This document shows positions 26,323 through 38,982 of a stretch of DNA of 64,000 nt, piece by piece (the first letter of the stretch is position 1; every line of letters starts with the position of its first letter). A program made the position numbers and the translations under genes. Source of the stretch: Octopus sinensis (taxonomy: Eukaryota); the NCBI RefSeq assembly GCF_006345805.1, contig NC_043005.1, positions 104,222,001 to 104,286,000 on the forward strand, read 5' to 3'. The notes under the pieces were generated by a model. It worked only from the letters and a program-made list of their open reading frames with translations, searched no databases and was not told the origin of the DNA.

Positions 26323-26686
26323 TTTATTATAGTCATTGATTTTTCCCACCTCAGTTGCTATTTCTGGTAAATTAGATGTTGATGTCGGTGCCACAGCTGT
26401 TGCATTCATAGTTTCTGCGGCAGTTACAGGAGTTGTCATCGTGTTCGTGATGTTATTGTTGCTCCTTTTTTCTGGCTGCTACTGTTGATATTCCGTTTTT
26501 GGACACTATTGTCGCAGTGGGGAGATTTCTCCGCCTCATTCTCTTCAAAACTAGTAGCGTTTCGCCATCCTTTAACATTATGCAGGCCAATATCCACCAA
26601 AGAACTAGCTCGAGTTTCAGCCACAGTATAGCTGGAATCAGTACATATAAGTTGACATAATCCTTTGCGTTGAATATTGTACCACC
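26323..26686 (-). other. Candidate internal exon, 364 nt
   Basis: Acceptor catatttcag|GG and donor AAA|gtaagt; protein-like, non-repetitive sequence; one frame is open 5' and another 3' of an A6 run at 26471-26466. Confidence 0.45.
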
Positions 26687-27199
26687 CTGAAATATGCTTA
26701 TGTATATATAGGTATACCTTTATAGTGTATCTGTATTTGTGTGTACATACATATATTTGTATATATATAGTTGAAAAGGGGTTAAGAATTCACGAAAATC
26801 AAAGGTTGTAGTTAAAAAGTAAAGATGGAAACCGCACGAATGTGTTTAAAGATTCTGTTAGATTTGTTACGTTAAGTAACTTTTATAAAATATTACCAGT
26901 TTCGATGTGTCCATCTTACCGAATATTAAAAGTTCCGAATCAAACATAGCGAAATAAGAACAAAATTGGAAATTTATATATTTATGTATAAAATATATAC
27001 GTGTGTGTGTGTGTATGTTACGGTATATATGTATGTAAGCACGTATGTATGCATGTGTATATACACACACACATATGTCACATTCACATACATATACAAA
27101 GAGATACACAGATGAAGGCACAAACGCGTTCGCACCGTCTTTCAACATTGAAGCTGGTGACATCTAATCTGCGGTGATGTTCACCTATTGACAACTTAC

Positions 27200-27303
27200 T
27201 TTCGCTTCCGTTCAAGTGTGAAATTGAAGCATTTCTAAACCGCGCAACAATTCCAGTCCTTAGTCTGCCATTTGATACGTTCTGGTTCTCTAACTATGCG
27301 ACT
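27200..27303 (-). other. Candidate exon, 104 nt
   Basis: Branch-point-like ACTAAC (27325-27320), ctttggctctcag| acceptor and GAAA|gtaagt donor; all three frames contain a stop. Confidence 0.4.
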
Positions 27304-27488
27304 CTGAGAGCCAAAGGTTGTTAGTCTTACTCCCTCGGTATGTATGCGTCTACATTTATCTGTCTATGTCGATTTAGACATATACACATATCTGTGTGTG
27401 TGTCTGTGTGTATGTTAGTATATATATATGGATCAAAACAGTTTGAATCAAACTGTTTATATATACGTGTGTGTGTGTGTATGTGTGG

Positions 27489-27897
27489 TATGTGTGCGTG
27501 TGTGTTAGTATCGAACGGTGAGAGTAAGTGGTCAACAACACATTTGGCAGATATTTATAAAGATTCTTCAGTTGTTGATTACTAGTGCTATTAATTCCGA
27601 AATTCTTGAAGTGATCCACTTAAAAATGCAATTAATTGCATCCATTCTGAAGTCCCATTGAAAATGGAGGCTATCAGCGATGTATTTTAGGAGATTGCTT
27701 GAAAAACTTTGGAAATTCGTTTCCATGTGAAATCACCGGTAACACCGTTAAACCGCAAGCGAAAATGTACAGACACCCACACACATATGCACATATATAT
27801 ACATAAATAGGCTTATATATATACATATATAAATATGCATAAATACGTATATAAGTATTTGTGTATATATATATGTCTCTATCTATATGTATGTATA

Positions 27898-27935
<38 letters not shown>

Positions 27936-28038
27936 CACTATATATATACACTATATATATATATATATATATACACTATCTACCGAATGTGTTGTTGACC
28001 ACTTACTCTCACCGTTCGATACTAACACACACGCACAC
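27489..28038. repeat. Local inverted duplication of about 62 bp (27491-27552 and 27977-28038)
   Basis: Two mismatches in 62 bp. Confidence 0.9.
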
Positions 28039-28620
28039 ACACACACACATACACACACACACAAATGAACCCACACATACATCCCATACACACGGCACAC
28101 AATTATACATACACGCGCACAATTATACATACATACATACGCACGTACAAGCACACACGCATACATACACTAAGTTAAGCACAGTTACTCGCCACACACC
28201 CAAACTCTACGCATACACACACGAACACACACATACACACACACTTACTACAAACAAAACACACACACGATACATATGCATACACGCACACAAACATACC
28301 TTTTTGTTTTGACCTGTGGCTGGACACAAAAAACACCACTCCTTATTCTTACAAACTGGTCAGCTACTAGCCAGTTGTTCGCCATACACACATACACACA
28401 CACACCACACACACACACACACACACACGTGTCATCATTGCACACATACACACACACGCGCACACGCAGACCTCCGCGCACGCACACATCCACACACATT
28501 CCCCCTCTCACTTTCCTTGTCTTTGATATACTACCATACTGTCTTTGAAAATTCTCCTGTCTTTAAAAAACATTATTCTTCCACCTTTCTACTTCCGGTC
28601 TTTCAATATGTGATTTCGGA

Positions 28621-29595
28621 TCTTTTCATTTTCAAGGCCTGATTTGTCAGATTTTTCCTATTTAACCAAACAATTTGAAACTTCGTATACTGGTAGAATG
28701 TGTCAAAAGAAAACATACTTGTAAACCAGAATGAAAACGGAATTGTAATTTCTAAGTTTAATGTTGTTTAATAATTAGAATTTTAACCAATGGTATTCGG
28801 TCTTTCGGCTTCATATTATTTACTCCGTCTCAATAGACGTAAACGGCTATTTTGCTGACGTAGTTAACATACGTGAAATGTAAACACCCGATTCACATTT
28901 TTTTATATATTATTAAATAACTTATATATTAAACTTATATAGTATATAACTAACTTAGTTTTTGTAATTTTTCGTATATTTTTGTGATTTTTATTCCTTA
29001 CTTTATTCGTGTAACTTTTATTTCTGTAACTTTTTATCTTTGGCAAGCTTTCGTTTGTAGTAGACCTTTCCGTGATAACTGAATTTTTTTACTCGGTGTA
29101 TGTGTATATGTATGTATGCATGTATGTGTGTGTGTGTATGTATCTATGTATCTATGTATGTGTGTGTGTGTATGTATGTGTGTGTGTTTGTATGGCCGAT
29201 TCAGTGTTTACATTATTTCGAGTTAAAACAAAAGATTATCTTTGCTATGTAGAAAATAATGAGGTTGACTCAATCGAATAATGACAGTGATCGAAGATAT
29301 AGACAAAATTTTTTTGGTAATCTTTCGTTTTAACTTGAAATAATGTAAACAATGAATCGGCCATACATACATACACACACACATACATACACACACATAC
29401 ATACGCATACATAAACACACACACATACATAGATACATACACACACACACATACATGCATACATACATATACACATACACCGAGTAAAAAATTTCAGTTA
29501 TCTCTCTCTTTCACACATTACTCTCTCTGTCTCTTCACACACACTAACAGAAGTACTTCACTTACACAACATACTTTCTGTCTCCCACACCCCAT

Positions 29596-29631
<36 letters not shown>

Positions 29632-29905
29632 CACAAAACACAGACCTATGCACAGCTGTCTACGTCACAAAATAGCTTTCTACGTCACACTAAGATAATG
29701 CAGTTAATTATTTCAAATGAAAACAAACAATACGATTGGTTAAAATTCGCAGATTTAATCTACGTTTAAAGTCATAAAATACATTTTTCTCAAATAAACA
29801 AGTTGAAACTAGTGTTTTCTTTTGAGACACTCTACCAGTATACGAAGTTTCAAATTATTTAGTTAACTAGAAAAATCTGACAATCAGGCCTTGAAAATGA
29901 AAAGA
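28621..29905. mobile_element. Nested foldback element: outer arms 28621-28863 and 29660-29905, inner arms 29074-29240 and 29316-29502
   Basis: Reverse-complement matches at both levels; a related sequence occurs at 63760-63960. Confidence 0.85.
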
Positions 29906-30123
29906 ACCGTGACCTCGTGACTACCGCTGGCGATTTTTTTTTCTCTGTCCTCCCTTCTCGGAATCTTTCCTTCTCCTATGTTTCCGACGAAGAGCTCCGC
30001 TCGAAACGTTAAACCCTCCTTCTTCCCTTCTTTCCTGAGCGTCCAATAATACTTTATTTGTTCCACGTCCTCGCGTTGTTGTGTTTTTTTTGTTTTTCTT
30101 GTGTTTTCTTGTTTGGATTAACT
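29906..30123 (+). mobile_element. Short repeat with a hammerhead-like motif, ending in (TA)n
   Basis: Tail identical in kind to 1-48; motif at 29980-30014. Confidence 0.65.
29980..30014 (+). ncRNA. Minimal hammerhead-like motif (U4C variant, ACGT palindromic stem III)
   Basis: GTTT / CCGACGA-a / GAGC-tcc-GCTC / GAAA / CGT / T / AAAC. Confidence 0.6.
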
Positions 30124-30124
30124 T

Positions 30125-30155
<31 letters not shown>

Positions 30156-30237
30156 TATATACATATATACATATATATAAACAACTTTAAATCTAATAGA
30201 GAGAGAGAGAGAGAGAGAAAGTGACAAGTAGAAAGAT

Positions 30238-30269
<32 letters not shown>

Positions 30270-30350
30270 TGATTGATAGATAGATAGATAGATAGAAAGA
30301 TAGATAGAAAGAAAGAAAGAAAGAAAGAAAGGAAGATAGATTGATTGATT

Positions 30351-30411
<61 letters not shown>

Positions 30412-30994
30412 ATAGACATAGGCATCTGGTGATATAAACATATACTTTCGGAAGATAAAATCAAGCTCACATACATACAGAGACGATCAGAGGTAGGCGC
30501 ATTACATAGACAGACGAGATCACATCTCGTACATACTTTCATAAAACGCACCCAAATATTCACATATACACCGACAATTTTTCCATATTTTTCTTCTCTT
30601 CGTGCTTTTACATAAGAATATCTATACACTCAACTAACAAATAGGTTGGTGGACGTTTATAGAATAGGGGACAACATACTCAATGCGTAAAATGTGCATG
30701 TTTCCTTAGAACCTAAAATTTAATGAATTGTAACACTGAAATTTTTTGTATAGTTAATTGAAATGTTGGTGGCAGAGAGTATTCGCAAATACTTGATATA
30801 TAAGAAGAAGCCAAAAGACAGCTACGAAATTCGTCGCACATTTCACATACTCAGTTGCCGTGGGTAGAAACGTCACGTGATTTACAGAAGAGACAGTGTG
30901 GGTGTGTCATACTGTCATGTGTATAAAACACGCATAAAAAAAAATGTAAATAAAGTTTGTTTGAAATTTTATTTTATTTTAATATAACCACGTG

Positions 30995-31185
30995 AAGGCG
31001 GCGAGCTAACAGAATCCTTGGCACGTCGGAAAAAATGCTTAGCAGTATTTCGACTCGCTACGTTCTGAGTTGAAATTCCACAGAGGTCGACTTTGACTCT
31101 CATCCTTACGGGATCGAAAAAATAAGTTCCAGTTGAGCACTGGGTAGATGTACTCGACTAACCTTTGTACCAAAATTTGAAACCA
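30995..31185 (+). mobile_element. SINE family C
   Basis: aaggcggcgagct head, gagttgaaattcc B-box-like motif, body matches 9558-9727. Confidence 0.85.
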
Positions 31186-31219
31186 TTATGATATCACCAT
31201 TTCAGTTATATATGTATTA

Positions 31220-31264
<45 letters not shown>

Positions 31265-31889
31265 ATCCAGAAATATATTTATTCCGGTTGTAAAATCTAC
31301 ATACGTTCCTGCAGTTGCTTAGCCTCAGATCAGCTTTTATTTAGCATGCCACCATTTTGAAACGATATATACGACAGAATTGTGTAATCTGTCCTTTCTT
31401 TCAAGCGGAGAGGTTTTGATCTGAGGAAGATTTTGTTGCTATTTTTTGGAAGTGGTATGACGATGTAGATGCTTTCACCTCGTCTTGTAACCTGTATCAA
31501 TTGTTTATGAGAGATATACACACCAGCTATAATGATTTCTTCAGCAAGTAGGAAGACCTTACCGAGAATTAAATATGCACTGAATTCGTGACTGTTGCAA
31601 TATATATATATATACATGCATACATGCATACATACATGCATATATACATACACACACACACACATATATATACATATATACATAGTTAATCATAAGGGAC
31701 AGTATCAGAGGAAAACATTGGTTGTCAGAGTTATTGAGAAATTCCTCTTTCACCGTATCGTGGGTAGTGTATCAGATCTTTGTATTTCAAGCAATGAAGA
31801 GTTAAACAGTTGTATTGTTTCGGATATATGTAATTGTTGGAAACATAGAGAAACATAATGTTGGTATTTTTTAATCAAATTTCGCCACA

Positions 31890-31989
31890 NNNNNNNNNNN
31901 NNNNNNNNNNNNNNNNNNNNNNNNNNNNNNNNNNNNNNNNNNNNNNNNNNNNNNNNNNNNNNNNNNNNNNNNNNNNNNNNNNNNNNNNN
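31890..31989. other. Assembly gap (100 N)
   Basis: Direct reading. Confidence 1.
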
Positions 31990-33818
31990 ACTTTGGGTAT
32001 GTGCTGTAGTTTGTTGTGGTGTTCTTATTTTCACTGTATTGAAAGTGTTTTACGTAGGATGTGTGCGGTGCCTAGCAGTGCAATTTTCTGTATGGTATAC
32101 ATATTTGTTAGTCCTGGTGTTTTTGTTATGTATTTGTCTGAATGTTTTTATCGTACCTAATGCACCTACTATGATAGGAATTGTTTTAGTTTTTAGACTC
32201 CACATTCGAGTTATCTCTGTTTCCAGGTCTTTGTATTTTGAAAGTTTCCCCGTTTTTGTTTTAGAGAACCATTGTCATCTGTTGGTATTGATACACCGAT
32301 TTCTTGGGTGTCTCTGACAACTATATCTGGCCTACTGGCCTTAATTTCTCTGTGTGTATTGGCATATCCCATAGTATGGTTGCTTGCTTTCTCATTTTCT
32401 GTGACCGTTTCTGGCGTGTGCCTATACCATCTTTCTTCTGTTGTTATTCCATATTGTTGGGATAGCGTCCAGTGTATATAGATTCTAACACTGTCGTGAA
32501 TATATTCCTTCTTAGCTAGGGCTGGGTAGCCAGAGACAATATGATTTATTGTTTCTTGTCCATCTCCGCAAATTCTGCAGTTATTTGTAATTCTTTGCAC
32601 TACATGTTTTTGGTAATTTCTGGTGGGGAAGGCTTTGGTCTTGTGCTGCAATTAAAAATCCTTCAGTCTCTGCTTTGAGTCCTGAGTTGCTCTGCCATTG
32701 TTGGGATTTTGTTTTGTCTATCTCTCTTCTGTTTAGTTTAACCCAGTATTTGCCATGAAAGGGCATCGTTTTCTCATGATCCGTTGCTGTTCCAGTTTTG
32801 GTTTGGATTTCAGTTGTTCTACAGCTTTTGTTGTTTCTTCTTTTCCTTCACAGTTGTTAGGTATTACGACTTCTATTTTGTATTTATCAGCTCCATTAAA
32901 GACTGAAAGCAGTTTATTGTTTTGTTCGTGATTTGTGGCTATTTGTATTAGTTTTCCTTGCTTCTGAAGTAGGTATTTCTGTAATTATGTGGTGGTTATT
33001 TTGCAATAGTTTTCTAACTATATAAGGCTTCTACCACCTTCGGTACGTTGTATATATATATAACTTTCTATGTCAGATTTTGGGTGGTGCATCCTAATTC
33101 TATCAGTATTTTGTTTTGTTTTCTGTCTATTTTGATTTTTCATTTAGAGTCCAGTTAAGAATATTGTAGCTGCAACTTATAACTGGGACGACTAGATTGT
33201 TAATACCTATAATCTTGTTTTTCGCATTGAACTCTGTTTTCAGTACTAATCTAACTCGTCTATAGTATTCTTTTCTGATCTTCACTTTCATTTGTGTGTG
33301 TTTAATCGTATCTAGTTCATTGATTCCTAAGTATTTGTATGTCTGGCTTCAGTCTAATTCTCTTACTTCATTTGCTTTATCTAGTGTGTTGTTGCTACTC
33401 TTAACTAGTTTTCCTCTTTTCAAGGTTGCTTTGGCATATTTTTCTAAGCCAAATTTCATGTTTATTTTTTTGGTAAATCCATGTACTGCTTGTATTAATG
33501 TTTCCAGCTGTTTATCATTTGTAGCTTACAGTTTCATATATAAGAGGTGGCTGATTGTTTTGCCGTAACAGTTGTATCCACATCCAGTTCTGTTTAGCAT
33601 GTCAGATAAAAGTGTCAGTGACAAGCAGAAAAAGGAGTGGAGAGAGTGTATCTTCATGGAATATTCGTCTTCCAATGGGGATCGCTTTGCTTTTTATGAG
33701 TCCCTCTTTTGTCTGGAGCTGTAACACTGTCTGCCGTTTATTCATGGAATGTTTTATATATTTTATGATTATTGTTGCTACTTTGTTCATGGCTAGTTTT
33801 TCTAAGATCCTTGTGTGA
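31990..33818 (-). mobile_element. 5'-truncated R4/Dong-like (restriction-like endonuclease) non-LTR retrotransposon
   Basis: Decayed RT (RRIFHEDTLSPLLF), CCHC-type CRICGDGQETINHI, RLE motif RPDIVVRD, C-terminus ALLGTAHILRKTLSIQ* at about 32033. Confidence 0.88.
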
Positions 33819-34558
<740 letters not shown>

Positions 34559-35129
34559 GTGACATTTAAGACTAAATTCGAATGAAATTGAATAAGACAT
34601 GAGAAATTAAATGGGATGAAGTGAAATTAGATTCAGTTTCATTAAGTTAGAGAAAAGAAGAAAAAAGAATTAAACTGGATTCAGTCCAATCTAATTCCGC
34701 CGCAAGTAAATCAGAGTAGATCAGAAAAAATTGGATGATATTAAAAATGAACGGAGGTTACACTAGCTTCTTCAAATTGCTTTTCTACTGTTGAGGCTAA
34801 TTTATACGTTTACGAGAGCTCATTTTGTTCCATTATAAGTTGTATGGGTGTGGACATTGCTAAAATGTGTAGCTGGAGGTATATGTGGCTTCATTCACAT
34901 ATTAATATGCATGTGTGCGCATTTTTGAACAGGTATGTGCGTCTTCGCATGTATATATAAATATGTGTCTTCACACACGTATACACATTCATACAGATAG
35001 ATTACGATATACCTTTTGCAATAACTTTTATTTCCACTCATGTACATTGTTGTTATTCCCGAGATTATTGACCACTAGATACGATCAACAACATATTTTT
35101 ATGTATGTGCATAATACACACACACCACA

Positions 35130-35231
<102 letters not shown>

Positions 35232-35778
35232 GTCGTTAGCAGAAAGTTTTATTTTCCTGTCGTGGGAAGCAAATGAGAATGAAATGCAAGGGGACAATGT
35301 TTTTGAGATTCCGGTTCGAATCTAAGGCAGGGCTGAAAGGATTCCCAATAGCTATTGGTAGCAGTGGTAGATTGTTGATGACGAATATGTATGTATAATA
35401 GTTTCACTTTAATAGTTTTATTATTCATAGTGAAACTATAGAGAAATGTTATTGTTTCACTTTTGACACGTAATACTGAAATAGTGTAAGAGATAAGAGA
35501 TTGCTCTGGGCTTGCATTAGGCAAGAAGTTTAAAGTTCTTTTGGCCCATGATACTGCATGGACCCTTAGTAAGGCGTAAAATTTTGCGTATATGTCGACA
35601 TATACGCAAAAGTATAGAGAAAATGTAATTCGCATAATTGCATCTAAAATGAGATAATGAAACAACGCAGGGAGGCCAGTGGCATGTATCTAACTTCTGT
35701 CCGGTGTCTTTAAATATTAATATTGCAAAAAGGGGGGGAAACTGTCCTCCTCCAGCACATGCTTCTATAGTACTCGTA

Positions 35779-36159
35779 TGTGGAGGCGCAATGGCCCAGT
35801 GGTTAGGGCAGCGGACTCGCGGTCATAGGATCGCGGTTTCGATTCCCAGACCGGGCGTTGTGAGTGTTTATTGAGCGAAAACACCTAAAGCTCCACGAGG
35901 CTCCGGCAGGGGATGGTGGTGATCCTGCTGTACCCTTTCACCACAACTTTCTCTCACTTACTTCTGTTTCTGTTGTACTTGTATTTCAAAGGGCCGGCCT
36001 TGTCACTCTCTGTGTCACGCTGAATATCCCCGAGAACTACGTTAAGGGTACACGTGTCTGTGGAGTGCTCAGCCACTTACACGTTAATTTCACGAGCAGG
36101 CTGTTCCGTTGATTCGGATCAACCGGAACCCTCGTCGTCGTAACCGACGGAGTGCTTCC
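35779..36159 (+). mobile_element. Full-length SINE family D, tail variant 2, with a 10-bp TSD
   Basis: agtactcgta at 35769-35778 and 36160-36169; A and B boxes in the head. Confidence 0.92.
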
Positions 36160-36284
36160 AGTACTCGTAATTCTCGTTTGTTTATATTTTAGTGTTAGAG
36201 TAAGTTTCTTTTCCCTTCCTTTCGCTAGAAGTTAAGGTAAGATGAGTTTCTTTTAACTTTTTAATTCTTCCAAAAATAACCACC

Positions 36285-36575
36285 TCAATGAGAATTCTTA
36301 AGTTAAATATTTCAATTCTATTTATCACACAATGTTCTTTATCACACTTGTTCTTTTTTCTGTCTCCGCAAACATCACACACCTACATTTTTCTTCTCTC
36401 ATTGAAAATTCTTAAAGATAAATTCCTCAAATCTTATCACACAACTACATCAGTTTATTTCTTCTCCCATTGAAAATTCTTAAAAGTTAAATATTTCAGT
36501 TTTAGAAGTTAAATATTTGAATTCTTAAAAGTCAAACGTTTCAATTTTGTTTATCACACAGCTACATCACTTTAC
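36285..36575. repeat. Degenerate tandem repeat (about 70-100 bp unit) upstream of the CR1-like LINE
   Basis: Recurrent ttgaaaattcttaaa...ttatcacacaactacatca. Confidence 0.65.
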
Positions 36576-36879
36576 CTTTCTGCTCTTTTCGTAAGCACTA
36601 CAAATTCTCACCTTCTTTGTTGCAAATTTTCTTTTTGTTTTCCACTGCTAATCTTTTAAATTATCTTTATAAACAATAAACCCTACGTTCTCCTATTTTG
36701 TACGATGTCTCTACCCCGTATTTTCGTAAACGCTCTCGCTCTCTCTCCCCTTCTTCTCTTTTTTCTTAGTAAACCGCTATGTTTGCAAACGTTACACTTA
36801 TCAAATCTTTTAGTTACTAATATTTCTCACCTTTTTACATTACGAAATATCAACAAATGGACATCAACAGCCGTAAATT

Positions 36880-38913
36880 TGTATTGATCCAGTTTAAGGC
36901 TAATAAAATGTAAAAGATGCGTCGAAATTGGCAGATCGAGAAACTTCGTCTCTGTCTTCAAACGCGGAACATGGCTGAAGGACCACTGCCGAACGACCTA
37001 ATAGCTTCGGTCCTAAAAAGCTAGTTTCCATAGGTCCATGGCACAGGCTGAATGGGAAAAACAGGAGTTCTTACACTCCTCTGCTCTTGTCAAGTCACAT
37101 CTCGACCTCCTACGCAGCATTATGAAAGAAATAGACGAAGAGGTCAGTAAAGAACCCACATTTTTTGAAACTCATGAAAGTGAAACTGACGACACCAAAA
37201 AAAAAAAAATAAAAAAAACAGCGACTACAAACACCACTCGTCCTAAAAACAGCACCGAACGCAGCAATAGCTATAATAACAGCCAAAATAGAACTGTAGT
37301 GAATAAAAGAGATCTAGAAATAGGTGAAACAGTCAGGAAAAGTGATGTTGTCCTAAAGCCCGAAACTGAAAACAAAACCAAAGACTCGATATATCAAAAA
37401 GTGCAAAGAATAAACACAAGAACAGAAACTGACAGAACCCAGATTGTCTGTAAATTCTATCTACATGGCACCTGCTGGCATGGTAAAAAAGGAACAAACT
37501 GCGGCTTCGCTCATCCTCAGCCTTATCGGAATAACAAGCAGGGTAACCGCCTAAGGCAAAACCAGCAAGAACACAGTAGAGGTTAGCTATCCAATATAGA
37601 TCTGCAGGCTCATGGTACATCAACAGGGAAAAACAAGTCTCAGAAGAATAAGAAAATGAATCAACATTTACCCTCTACACCCTTCAAAAGCAATATGCTG
37701 AGACGCGGCGAACCACAGCTATCGAGCGGCAGGCTTTTTTGAGTATGACCCAGAGTATAGTACAGAAACGGACACGGCTGCAAAAGATGTAAAATGAAAG
37801 CCATGCATTTCAGTACACAAGACTACCACAGATGATGGACCCAGGCTGGTCGCTACTAACATCAGTAACATTTCCCAGATATTGCATCCACATTCCTACT
37901 AAACATTGGAGAACTACTACAACTCAGTAATAGAGGTAAATTCTCTATTTAAAAATGCTGGCAACATATAATGAAGCAATATGCACGGCACTTATAGAAA
38001 CGCACCTAACCTCTGATATAACCGATGTTCAAATACACAAATCAGGGTATGTTGTATTTCTACAAAGAGAAGAGAAAAAAGCCATGAAAAACAGTCGCTA
38101 TGTACATCCGCAAATACGTCATAACCCTTGTATTGTTGTCACACTCAAACTCAGTTTGTGACACCTTAATAATACATATAAAGCAAATTAATGCATTTCT
38201 ATGCACAACATATCGTCCACCAAATGTCTTGAACTATGATGGTAAACTTGAGGATAGCCTCAGATACATAGAAGAGATTTTTGACAAACCTGGACTAACA
38301 CATCAACATACTCCTTCGGTGTGACTCCAGCCACTCAAATGATAAACGGCCTAAAGGTCATATCTTTTCAGGCATGTCATTGCATAAGGCATCATTAGTT
38401 GAACTTTGTAATATGCTGTTTATTATACTCCAGCCAACCAGGTGTAACAACATCTTGGATCTCTGCTTCAAAATAGCGTGAACCTTATCCAAAATAGAAT
38501 GACACCAAGAGAACTTCCAGACAACAGCTTAGTTCAACCAAAAATGTATGATCCTTGGCGAACCGCTGGCATCTACCCTATCAGAAGGATTCAAGTCATA
38601 TCCAACTTAAATTTCAAAAAAGCAAAATGGAAATCAGTCTTCAAACGAAACTGGTTCAACATGCTTTTTATGCAAGACATTGACTTAAAACTCAGTTTAT
38701 GTCGACAATACAAGATAAAGATCAGCATAACCACAAACAAAATACCTAGAGCCAGGAAAATCCTAGAGACACAGATGAAAGGTCTCAACTGAAGTATAGA
38801 GAGAGGTCAAATTTAAGATGGACAATCTTCGAAATTGAAAACAAAATCAAACGTTCGTATGAAAATGAAAGAGCAAAGAGAGAGAGAGTGAGTGAAAGAG
38901 AGAGAGAGAGAGA

Positions 38914-38982
<69 letters not shown>

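Noticed and set aside
31406-31547. Protein-like frame SEEDFVAIFWKWYDDVDAF... between an acceptor and a weak donor
   Set aside because: In-frame TGA at 31417, no recognisable family, and a competing ORF on the other strand
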